A stretch of DNA of 63,939 nucleotides, filler included, from Octopus bimaculoides (Eukaryota), in assembly GCF_001194135.2 (NCBI RefSeq). It is 6 parts of 5 records of this genome, joined end to end, with 100 filler letters (N's around TTAATTAATTAA, not from the genome) between each part and the next. Parts side by side here need not be neighbours in the genome. Positions count along the whole stretch, not along the records: positions 1 to 30,104 come from NC_068982.1; 5 more parts are not named here. One strand, written 5' to 3'. How positions within the stretch are numbered: the stretch's first letter is position 1; each line of letters begins with the position of its first letter. The notes beneath the pieces were generated by a model. That model was not told the DNA's origin, searched no databases, and was given only the letters and a program-made list of their open reading frames with translations. Below, piece by piece: positions 1-11,699 of this stretch. A program made the position numbers and the translations under genes.

Positions 1-37
1 ACACACTCACACACACACACATATATATATACATATA

Positions 38-180
38 TACGGCGGGCTTCTTTCAGTTTCCGTCTACCAAATCCACTCACGGGTGTTTGGTCGGCCCGAG
101 GCTATAGTAGAAGACACTTGCCCAAGGTGCCACGCAGTGGGACTGAACCCGGAAGCACGTGTTTCGTATGCAAACTACTG
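38..180 (-). mobile_element. tRNA-derived SINE (family A), 3' part of head and body; head continues at ~1765-1840
   Basis: Reverse complement reads GGGTTCAGTCCCACTGCGTGGCACCTTGGGCAAGTGTCTTCTACTATAGCC (B-box plus body). Near-identical copies occur at 14949-15112, 37975-38142, 40190-40332 and 46893-47050. Confidence 0.85.
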
Positions 181-204
181 TATTTCTTTTAAATTCCCAT
201 AAAG

Positions 205-312
205 ACATTACAAAGAAGGGGACATTACAACACATGTGGGAACATATAACAATTACAACACATGTGGGGACAAATGACAATTACAACACATGTGGGGACA
301 TATAACAATTAA
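205..312. repeat. ~29-bp tandem repeat (GGGACATATAACAATTACAACACATGTG), 3-4 imperfect copies; 3' tail region of the minus-strand ORF1 element
   Basis: Direct inspection: ACAATTACAACACATGTGGG recurs at ~29-nt spacing. Confidence 0.8.
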
Positions 313-489
313 AATAAAATATGATGCTATGAATGACATGAAAATGACCATGAAAAACACTAAAATCAAAATATCAAATTAATGATAGATGAGTGATAAC
401 TGAGAAATGAGAATATGAAAAGTATGTTACTTACCCCACAATGAGTAACGCCGCTTACCACCTATGAGCCCTGAGTCCTCTTTAGTCTT

Positions 490-1700
490 TAATCTATTGT
501 TTCCTTTACCGTTTTCCCCATCGCTGAGTGACCACATTCTCTACTCCTTTTCACCGGGGAAGGGGGTGTTGTAAATTCTGTGGTGTCTGTTCTTTCTTCT
601 TTTTTTTTCCTGTGGGGAGAGGGGCTGGGTGGGTTTGGTGTCTGTATGAGGAGGGTGAGTCTGAGTGGTCTTGGGTGAGATGGAGTTGGTCTGGGGTCCC
701 ATATCATACTGACTGTTCTACCTTTTCTTTCTTCTTTTCCTTTTATTCTCTGTCACTGTCCATTCGTCCGCCTTGTTCCTTCCATCTATCTGTACTTCTT
801 CCTTTTACTCTACCCCTCCACTACCGCTACTTCTGTAGTTTTCCTCTATCTGTACTTCTTCCTTTTACTCCACCCCTCCACTACCGCTACTTCTGTAGTT
901 TTCCTCTGTAGAGGGCATTGCGCTCTAATGTGGACCTTTTGCCCACATTTAAAGCAGAGCGGGATTCCGCCCTCCACCCATACTCTTAGAACTATCTTGC
1001 CCAACGATACTGTCTGCCAATTTTTCCAATTGTTTTTCTTCGGTCTGAATCAAAAGTTCAAGCGACTTCCCTTTAAATCTTCCTTTTTCCGCTTCCGTGA
1101 CCTGCACGACAGCCACTTCCTCCTCACTTCCGATGAGGACGGCTGCCGCAACCCAAGTTACATTTATATGAGGCGGGATTCCTTATACCCTTATCTTGGA
1201 AGTCCTTCTTCCAAGATACGTGGCTAGAAACACCACTTCCTCCGTCTTTCCTCTTTAACCCGCCAGCCTCCTTGCCTCCTCTGTTCTTAACTGGACTACC
1301 ATTGTCCCATATTCGCATCCTCTTGTCATGTAAATTACCCCGTTGGATTCCTCCATTACTGCCTTTTCTATTTTCTCTATCTCTATTTGGTCGACCTTCT
1401 TATTATTTAATTGAATAAACTTTGTATACGACTGTTCTTCTTTTAATACCATCCATGATTCTTTGTGTGGGCGACAACGTCACGTTGCCGCACATATTCT
1501 CCACCATTTTTTTCGTGCTCCTTCATTCTTGACAAGTTTACTTATCTTCTCTTCACCACCGAAGCCTCGACGAATCTCTTCATTTTCTTCAATTATTCAT
1601 CCATGCCTTCTACTGCTCTCACCAGCTCCTCCTTTGAAGAAGATAACTCAGACTCGCTAAAGTCTGAGTACATCATATTTCCCCTCAAAGCAGCAAAAAA
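490..1700 (-). pseudogene. Degenerate LINE ORF1/gag-like coding region with CCHC zinc knuckle (L1/Tx1-like)
   Basis: Minus strand 915-956 translates to CFKCGQKVHIRAQC (C-x2-C-x4-H-x4-C), preceded by LRVWVEGGIPL and followed by an acidic tract. Upstream frames are broken by stops and frameshifts. No ORF2 is visible. Confidence 0.7.
785..907. repeat. 60-bp tandem duplication (2 copies, 1 mismatch) inside the ORF1 remnant
   Basis: 785-844 and 845-904 align at period 60, differing at 811/871. Confidence 0.95.
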
Positions 1701-1764
1701 ATAATAATAACGTCCGACTCGCACACAAACGACAAACCAAATGTACTCTGGGTAACCGGAAACC

Positions 1765-1840
1765 AGGTAAGCAAGTTACTTACCACAAGTTACTTACCAC
1801 AAGTTACTTACCACAAGTTACTTACCACACAGCCACTCCT
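1765..1840 (-). mobile_element. SINE family A head with a 14-bp motif (AAGTTACTTACCAC) repeated four times
   Basis: Reverse complement begins AGGAGTGGCTGTGTGG (A-box), followed by the repeated TGGTAAGTAACTTG unit. Confidence 0.8.
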
Positions 1841-2079
1841 ATATTTGGTATCTTTTATTTTTCTTTACACGTGTTAGAAAATGAAGCATGCATTATTTCA
1901 AGGGTATCATTTGCTAGGACAACCTAACTATGGACGCGTACCGACCTCCGTGATCATGTTCTCCTAGACACATGACTGCCAGCATCACCTGGTTTCTATC
2001 CATTAAACTATTACCTATATGTCGTAGAAGAGAGACATGTCAATCAACACCCATATAACACCATGCAAGCTTTCTAGAC

Positions 2080-2520
2080 TGCCATAGCCAACGTTATGTC
2101 CAAAATTGATAAAGATCATTTGATTAAGGCTTTCCACCTTGCACGTGGTGCATTGACAAGACAACTGTCGGTAATTTTATTCCACGAATTCTTCATGACT
2201 TCTTGAAGTCTGGGTTTGACAAAGTTTCCAAGCTGATTTCTCCCCATTCTATATTCGATATATTCATTCACTTCTATCCGCAAATAATCTTTGAAGGGCT
2301 TATTTATTACAAGATCTGTTTGTTGATATGAAGCTATTTCCGCGAGAATTATGTAGTCAATTCCTCTTTCAGAAAGGAAGGTTTTCATATCCTTTGAGCG
2401 ATGAGTACTGCCCGAATCCCAAACTAAAAGGCCTCTTTCAGAACCACATAAAATAAGTGGCTTAGTTAACGTCCACGAGCTATAATCGTCTCATAGGCAG
2501 TCATCGCAAGAGAAAAGATT
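2080..2520 (-). pseudogene. pogo/Tigger-type (DDE_1) transposase C-terminal remnant
   Basis: Translation GLLVWDSGSTHRSKDMKTFL...QQTDLVINKPFKDYLR resembles the pogo LL.WD...H and QPLD..INKPFK motifs. Confidence 0.7.
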
Positions 2521-3688
2521 TTTTTTCGTATTTACACTACAAGTATCAGCAATATAAGTCAAACTACACTGATTATCCATTTTATTATCTTACTTGAGTA
2601 GACTGATGCATATGTATTTCATTTCAAATAGAAGTATGAGTTTTTATTTTCTTGCTGAAATTGGAATAAACTGGTGGGATTTTATGTATCCTTATACAGT
2701 AGCCATGCTCTGTATTTGCTAAGCGTAACACATAGATATAAACTGTCTTGTGCATAAAACAAGAATTATATGCAAGTGTATACCGATTTTATTTACATAT
2801 GGCAACACATGTCTTGCTTATCCTGCTTATTATCTGAAATTTATGCATTGTAAATCAGTTTGGCAGAAAAATCTTAACCAATGAATATCAATTCCTCTTT
2901 GTTCCTCTCTTTTTGAAAACAAATTTTGCAATGATACTTTGTTTAAAAAACGAAATTTCTAAAATTCAAAAATGCATATAGTAAAATTGAATTGCACCGG
3001 TTATTTTGCTTTTTTTTTCTTGTGTCATATAATCTATTAAATTTAATAATCAAACACTTCTACTTGACACTTCTAATTATATTAATTTTATCATTTCATA
3101 TAAAATAAATTGACAAATTCACACAAGAAAAAATAAATCCTTCAAACCCAGAAATAATTATGGATACCTAATATCACATAAATGTGAAATTTTCCGATAT
3201 ATCCCTGTTGAAATGTGAAGGCTAGATTCAATTTAAAGTAAATAAAATATTGATGAACGTAAATTAAATTTAAAATATGTTGGCTACTTTTCCCAAACAT
3301 AATAATTTCACAAACAATAAGATCCCACATAGTAGATCACTAATCTATAGATAGTAACTTCCCAGACAAAAGCCTGCTCTCTATGTAACGAATACGCTAC
3401 GATATATACTTGAACAAGTGACAAATAAAACTAATAGTGTATTTGAATACATGAAACTGGATTGGATTTTTTAAGATTTCCCTACCATACTATAACTTTG
3501 TGTCATTTCTGTCTCAAAATAAGTAGTACTCTTTGACACGTAACGTGCAAATGATTGATTGTGTTATGATTTATAATACGTGAAATTATCTTACAGATAA
3601 AGCACTCTTTTCTATATGACATTAGTATTTCTTCGTGCATGTTCTTCCGATGATTTTTATGACGCAGAAACATTAATATCACCTATTA

Positions 3689-3921
3689 GGGCGGTGAGCT
3701 GGCAGAATCGTTAGCACGCCGGGCGAAATGCTTATCGTGTATCTCGTCTGCCGAGACGTTCTGAGTTCAAATTACACCGAGGTCTACTTTTCCTTTCATC
3801 CTTTCGGGGTCGATAAATTAAGTACCAGTTACGCACTGGTGTCGATGTAATCGACTTAATCCCTTTGTCTGTCCTTGTTTGTCTCTTCTATATTTAGCCC
3901 CTTGTGGGCAATAAAGAAATA
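3689..3921 (+). mobile_element. tRNA-derived SINE (family B), full length, with 16-bp target-site duplication
   Basis: Head GGCGGTGAGCTGGCAGAATCG and B-box GAGTTCAAATT. AGAAACATTAATATCA occurs at both 3666-3681 and 3922-3937. Confidence 0.9.
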
Positions 3922-4099
3922 AGAAACATTAATATCAACTAAAATGTAAATATTATCCTGCTGCCTGAAAGGAAAGCTACGTATAATTTCTCTGCTAAGG
4001 TCCTACAATAAAACCATTAATGTTAATGATTTTTATTTTTCATAATTATGAATGGATTTTCAACAGGATTATTTATTTGAACTGAGTAAATCAAGCTTA

Positions 4100-4560
4100 T
4101 TGTGCTCTATTTTTAGTGAGCAGAAAATCATTTGTTATTTACTTCGAAGTTTGTTTTCCCGCCTATTAAGCTTTAGGTCTCCAAATCCCTTGCCACTTTT
4201 GTCTAATCTCCACTTGATATTGTCCATACGTTATGTTATTTACCTGCCTCTTGCTCTACTTTCCTCTACTCTTCTTCCATGATAATGTTTCCCAAATCTC
4301 TACTTTATTGAATATGGCAAAATAGATGAGCTTTTATTATTCGCAATGTCCTGGAGTTGTCTTTTTCACCTACTTGTGTATATGTAAAGAAATCACTGAC
4401 AGAATTGATGAAAAAATTCATCCGACTGAAACGTTTCGATTTAACTCACACTCACCCAAGAATCAATCAGCTTCACTGAGTTCTATATTTCCATATTGTA
4501 ACAGATTCGATTACCACTTTTTCCATGTCGCACATTCAGGTACCGTATCATAGAAAAGTT
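4100..4560 (-). mobile_element. Highly decayed RTE-like LINE 3' fragment
   Basis: Broken translation GRRVEESRARGR..RMDNIKW resembles the RTE C-terminal G.R.RGR.R.RW.DNI motif. Confidence 0.35.
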
Positions 4561-5470
4561 CTGTCATTTTCTACAAGTACCGTTTTTATATATGAAGGGG
4601 CATTCTCACTTACTGTCGATAGCCTGAGATTAGATAACCTATTATGTCACATTCACATTGATAAAATACTCCTTTTTTTTTAATTAATCATTATGTAAAT
4701 TGTTTTCTACTCTAATCCAATTTTACATATTAATATTTATGTAATTTTTTATATACATAAATATCAGTTTCAAGCAATGGATTAGCATATTTTATTAATG
4801 TGAATGGGATATAATACGCCATCTAAATTTCAGGCTATTAACATTTAATAAGAACGTCTTTTCCGTGCCTGATAAAGTGGTATAAAAATACATCATGGCC
4901 ACATTGAACGTTAGATATATGAATTTCTAGTATCCGCATATAAACACGCTGCACTGTAACATCATTTCCATGTGCTATGAGCTTGATTCTGAATTGTCAT
5001 TACAGGATACAAATGTGTGATCCTGCTTCCTTCCCTCACCTAATATTCATCAGGCATTTAGAACGTCTAGGCACTTAGAAGGTAAACAACGAGAACAAAA
5101 AGCGTAAACGATCTTATCCACACTTTGTAAAAGTGTAGAAAACACATCGATCTCGACTGTTACATTATTGTTTGAACCAAACACAGATGAAATTAAAAGC
5201 TATCATAGTAAGAATTTGAACTCATTACAAAATTCAGGGACAGAGCAAGGTTTTCGAATAATGTTTGATAAATTCAGTGAATTTGCCGCCTTTTCCGATG
5301 CTACATTTGAGAATAAATAGCACAAATTAAATTTCTTCCAGTCAGTAGCACCTGATTTCATACAAAGTGCTCTTGAAAATGAAAGTCATCACAATGTTTA
5401 ACAAATTGCTCTCAACATATATCTCCCACAAACACATACACTTACACAAACATACACACACACACACACA

Positions 5471-5502
<32 letters not shown>

Positions 5503-7598
5503 ACACACAAACCCACACATACAAGGGGGATACACACACATACATGCACACATGCAAAAATGTACACAGCCCATATACAATCATANNNNNNNNNNCATAT
5601 ACAATCATACACAGATATACATAAATGTCTATACATATTCACAGACAGAATTCACACATACGTACATGCATACATACAAACATACATACATACATACATA
5701 CATACATACATACATACATACATACAATAACCGTTAACACGTTAACATGCACATACATATAGCAACGCAAGTGTTGATGTTATTCATCAAGTTTTACAAT
5801 AACTTTCTGAATGTTAATTTGATTTAAATTTCCTGAAGCTTTGAGGAATAATAATCTCGTATTTAAGCATAAAACCACAAAGAGAATCAGATTGTAGGCG
5901 TCTATGTCTTTCTCAGAGACATTAGCTATGAAATAAATTGGATTCAACAAGCAATCAAAACTGTTGTAAGGACTTGGCGTACCAATACTTTGTAGCATTG
6001 GAGTATATGTATTGATAAACGATAAATAAGATGGATTCACCATTTAAATGAGGCAATTTCTAGGACGATTATCGGGATTACATTCTATCTAAGTTATAAA
6101 GACTCAAATATACGATTAGAGTCATGGTTTTATTATGCCAATTACATAGCGCTAATTGTAATATGTCATATTAAATTCAAACCAAAATAACACATTTCTT
6201 TGTTGGACGATGTTCGTATGACTTGATGCTGTGGTTAAGCAGTAAATAAGCTTGGGTTGAGCTGACCTACGAGTATAAATATCTGTGCCATTACAGCATT
6301 CTGTTTAAAAATCATGAACTCTAGTGTACGCTTTACATTACTTACATATTTGAGACAGAAAGGTGAAGTTTCAAGAAAACTTCTAGAATATCGATAGTCC
6401 ACATTAAGGTGTTCATGTTTGTTCCTACTTACATTAATGAGAGGTGATATCAAAGAGAAAATACTTAAAAGAATGTTTTAATTCAATGTATTTTGTATTA
6501 TGAGTAACGGTTTAACGGGTGTTGTGATTATATTTGAATATATTTTTAGCTCAAATAAACATCTTTATGTAGCCATTCATCTCCTAAAATATTTAACATA
6601 CAACGAATTTCAACCCACCCACACACAAACACGCGCATGCACACACACACATACACACACATGCACTCACTCACACACACATGTGTATATTTCCATCAAC
6701 ATTTTCTCAATAATTTATCATGAGATTATGCAGCATATATAATTTGAGGCAAAATAATTAAATTTCAACAATCTCATTGAAATTAATCCATCCTTCAATA
6801 TCTTTAAAATCAAGTTGTAATGCCTGATATTTGGAGAATGATAAGAGCACGTTTTTCAACAGAGTGTAGCATGTAATTCATCCTGATTTAAACCATTAAT
6901 TGATAGTGTTTGATAAACGAATATAGAATGAGAAAACTTGAACTCCAAATTGCATAACGCAGAAGTAAATGTTAGTCATGTGGTTTCATAAAATCGGTTG
7001 TTCCTATGTGATTATAAACTTAAGTGCTTACATATTGATCACAAAATCCGTGTAACGTATTAATTGTCAGCGTATGACTTACTCAGACATACATACATGA
7101 AGATTGATGGGAATTTTTTGAACAGCGATTGATGGATTATATTTTTAAATCCATTCACAAGTCTGTGGTTGGACCGATGCTCTAGTAGCAAAGAATTTCT
7201 GAAGGTGCCACACAAAAGTACTGAATTCAGAACTATGTGGATGGGAAGCAAACTTGTTACCACACAGACACGACTGTACCTATACATATGTGTGTGTGTG
7301 TGTGCGCGTGCGCGCGCGCGTGTGTGTGTGTGTGTAGGTGTGTGTGTGTGTGTTTGTGGTGTATGTTATACGTGCATGTATATTCATAGTGTTTGCCAGA
7401 TCGCATAGGATGTTGAGCTGTTGTCTGTTCCTATATCGTCAATTTGACGCAAGACCTGTGAATTGTATTAACATGCTCTGACTGGCTGTATATAGGTTGG
7501 ATGAATTGTACTTGGAATACTGCTGAGCAGAGCTATAACACTAAGATACTGTGTCTTCCAGAGAAATAGATTAATACAGAACTTTCTTTTCAACGTGA

Positions 7599-7647
<49 letters not shown>

Positions 7648-7724
7648 CGTGAATATGTACACACGCACACAACACACACATATATACGTGAATATGTACA
7701 CACACACACACATACACATCATAT

Positions 7725-7934
7725 ATGGTATATGTACGTATATAACAGAATATACTGGTTCTATATACAGTCTATGCATATGTATTTTTTATTATGTCAC
7801 AATGTCTGTGTGTATGCGTTTGTGTGTGGCCACACATACACGCATACACAGATACATTGTCACATAATAAAAAATACATATGCATAGACTGTATATAGAA
7901 CCAGTATATTCTGTTATATACGTACATATACCAT
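7725..7934. repeat. 210-bp near-perfect palindrome centred on TGGCCA
   Basis: Outer ~80-bp arms are reverse complements with one mismatch; the inner arms are imperfect; symmetry axis at 7829/7830. Confidence 0.9.
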
Positions 7935-8239
7935 GTGCGTGTATGCGCAACTGTGTTGCTATATCGTTTGATGAGAAATAACAGTTGTTTAGAAGAGCAA
8001 TAAGGAAGATAGTTCTAGCAGGTTGAATGAGTGTTTTGAAGTCATTTCATTTTGACAGCTGGGAAACATATTCACTGCTTGACTGTCTCTTACATGAGAA
8101 TCTTGGAGAAAAAAGTATTTCCTATGCTTTATGATGTTCCTATATCTTTATCTATCTAACCATCGACGTATGTATATATCTTTGTATCTGACTATCTCAG
8201 TCTTTCTCTCCCTGTTTCTCTTTCACATGCACACACACA

Positions 8240-8290
<51 letters not shown>

Positions 8291-8339
8291 TCTCTCTCTC
8301 TGTACACTCACATACTGAAATGAGTTTCGACTAAAATTG

Positions 8340-10300
8340 GCGCACGCTATATCTAACTTATGGCACCACTTGGAAAATATATTTAATGATACTTAATATT
8401 ACAGTCATTTTTGAGAACTATAGCCCATTCATGTAAAGAGTTATCGCTTGTAGTTATCAGGGTGTAGTTGGTTTATATGGAATTTGTTGGAGATTCTCTT
8501 ACAGGAACAGTTTGAATGTTATGTGCTCTTTTTCTTCTCATATGTGCTTTGGCATGATGTTAAGGAGAATATTGTCAGTTGAGGTGGAATATTTCTGTCT
8601 TAACGTTGTGGTATGATGCGAGCACGATATTTGTAGAGGACGGATGACACTTAAATAGTTTCCGTCAGACTTCAATGCTCAATAATTTCTTAATAGGAGG
8701 CGTTGGTCAGCCTTGTCGAAGGCCTTGCTGAAATCCATATTGATGACATCTGCAGTGAAGCCCTCATGTACAGCCTTTAGGATGTCATCAAAATTATATA
8801 TGATCTGTGTTAAGGTAGTCACTGCCATTGCATAAAGTTATGCTGATTCGGAATAAGTAGGATGTTACTTTCCAAGCTGAGAGTTACTCGAAATCTCATC
8901 ATACTCTCAAATAATTGGACGATATGAGAGGTGAGACCGGTCGGTAATTCACTATCAGCGATTTGTTATCTTTTTTTTTTTTTTTTCAAAACTATGACAA
9001 TCGACTGGGATGAGAAATTTTCGAGAATAAAGACATCATCGCTCTAGAGAGCATAAACGGAATGCCAGTTGATTACGGCACTCCTTCAGGACTCTAGCAT
9101 AGAAATGATCGTGGCCTGCAACTGAGTTAATGGTGATTTTATTAATAGCTACTACGATATCCAAAGAACCAAATGATATATCGGATAGGACAAGTTAATG
9201 TTTCGTTTCACTGATACTCACAGGATTATCCATGCTGGAGGTTGCTGAAAGTGGGTCAACTATATACTTATCCTTAAATGTTTTCTCTAAAATTCCCACA
9301 GGATTNNNNNNNNNNGGTCAACTATATACTTATCCTTAAATGTTTTCTCTAAAATTCCCACAGGATTACCCATGCTGGAGGTTGCTGAAAGCGGGTCAAC
9401 TATATACTTATCCTTAAATGTTTTCTCTAAAATTCCAGACGCCGATGATAAGTGTGTGGCTTGAATCTCAATCTTATATTCTGCACCACTATGCAGAGTG
9501 TCATCTTCACCTATGAGCGGTCCAACTGATAAGGCAGCGATCTTATGCTTTTCGGCTAATGAGAACTATTTGGGGATACCATTCACTTTCCCAGTGGCCC
9601 ACATTTCTTCTGCTGTTTTTTGACTATTGATGATAGTCTTCATGTTGGTTTCACGGTAATAATGTCATTAAGCTATACTTGTCAAGTCCAGATGCTGCAG
9701 CCGGCAATATTTTAACCGGTTGATGCCATACAATACTATAAACGTTCATGAAATAAATTGTTTTTAGAAAGATTGCTCTCGAACCATATAAAACCATATA
9801 TAATAGCATGTGAGTATTATGTTGAAAAGCCATTTCTAATTCAGGGTTTGCAATGAAGGAAGGTGGAGTCAGGTCTCTTGCAAGATCCCTGAAAATGATG
9901 ATTTCACTGTAAAGTGATGCACTTTTTAAATAACTGATCACTGGAAACTGCATTATTCAAAGAAATAACTATGTATCTTATTGTCTCGGACAATTAAAAT
10001 CCTGACTTTTGTTAGAAATGAATGTCCGACAGACATTCATTTAAATATCTTCCCACTTCAACAATAGGTTATTCGACAGTTCTACTCAACGAAAGCGTTT
10101 TTACAAAACTCAATTTGTGCATATCTAATATTGTCTCAAAGCCAGCGATTTTGAAGTAATAATAAATAACATATACGCTTCTTTGATTATGGTGAAACAA
10201 AAAGCCATGGGACTGATTTGGAATGCTGATACTACACTACCCTGCAGCGTCTGTTACCTCTGAAGCCAGTGTTTCTATAGAAAATTAAATCGTCACAATA
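8340..10300 (-). mobile_element. Decayed CR1-like LINE (RT and endonuclease remnant)
   Basis: Minus-strand translation DDILKAVHEGFTADVINMDFSKAFDKAD (RT motif DF.KAFD), plus NQHNF and VNYRPVS; many stops. Confidence 0.7.
9221..9436. repeat. ~78-bp tandem repeat spanning a 10-N gap
   Basis: The CAGGATTA(T/C)CCATGCTGGAGGTTGCTGAAAG... unit recurs with small differences; copy number is uncertain because of the gap. Confidence 0.6.
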
Positions 10301-11184
10301 ATTACTGTCACACATGCCATGAATTTACTTGGAAACTATCTAAAAGATGCACCAAGGACACCTATCACCATTAAAGGAGACACAGTTCCTCTCCTCCCTC
10401 ATCATCCCCAACTCTGCACCTATCATCCCCAATGGAATTCGCTTTCAATTGAATTGATAACAAATCTACTCTCAATGGCATATGTTTCCATTAAACTTTA
10501 GCCGTGTTAATCTCATCAATATCGGAGAGCATGTCATAGCACACTGTCTCTCATCCGACTAAATACAGATATTGGCGAGTGAGATAAATGTCGCTTATGG
10601 AATACGACAAGCATGTCCCCTCTTAAAATGCAATGTTGAAGATATCTGCTCTTTATATCGTCTAATACAATTTACATAAAGAAGATTAGATTATGACTAA
10701 CTACTCATATATATATATATATATATATATACATATTGCTACATATATATATTGCTACGTGTAATACCTGTGAAGAAGCAACTCTTAATTTAGAATACAT
10801 CGGGATTTGCTTATATCTATTCATTGCACATCGAATCCGTTATTCTTCAAAGACACGGAACTGGGAAAGATTAAATATGAGAAAATGTTTATATGCCAAC
10901 ATATTCAAAGCCAACATTAATATTTTGTATATACAGAGGAAAGGCGATATTTCATGAAATATTACGAATAACATACATGGAGTTAATAATATTGCTGCTA
11001 CTGCACAAAATATAAATGTTAAATCATTCAACAAGTAACTGATGTCTATATTTGTACAAGTACACGCTGCTACATACGAAGGTTATCTGGTATATTATTC
11101 ACTAAGCATAGAGCTACCAGTTGCTTCCATACATATCAGATTTACACGCATTACTATCAAGCTTGCTGTCTCAACGTCTGATGT

Positions 11185-11233
<49 letters not shown>

Positions 11234-11699
11234 NNNNNNNNNNNNNNNNNNNNNNNNNNNNNNNNNNNNNNNNNNNNNNNNNNNNNNNNNNNNNNNNNNN
11301 NNNNNNNNNNNNNNNNNNNNNNNNNNNNNNNNNNNNNNNNNNNNNNNNNNNNNNNNNNNNNNNNNNNNNNNNNNNNNNNNNNNNNNNNNNNNNNNNNNNN
11401 NNNNNNNNNNNNNNNNNNNNNNNNNNNNNNNNNNNNNNNNNNNNNNNNNNNNNNNNNNNNNNNNNNNNNNNNNNNNNNNNNNNNNNNNNNNNNNNNNNNN
11501 NNNNNNNNNNNNNNNNNNNNNNNNNNNNNNNNNNNNNNNNNNNNNNNNNNNNNNNNNNNNNNNNNNNNNNNNNNNNNNNNNNNNNNNNNNNNNNNNNNNN
11601 NNNNNNNNNNNNNNNNNNNNNNNNNNNNNNNNNNNNNNNNNNNNNNNNNNNNNNNNNNNAAAAAGAATAAGATAAAGAGACCAATGGCAAAGTTAGAAT

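Noticed and set aside
1131-1165. CCGATGA-GGACGGCTGCC-GCAAC, hammerhead-like
   Set aside because: GAAA is replaced by GCAA, stems I and II are poor, and it lies antisense within the ORF1 remnant; likely chance.
5780-6453. Two minus-strand ORFs of 87 and 72 aa in unique-looking sequence
   Set aside because: No motif, no convincing splice-site pair, and lengths are within chance expectation.
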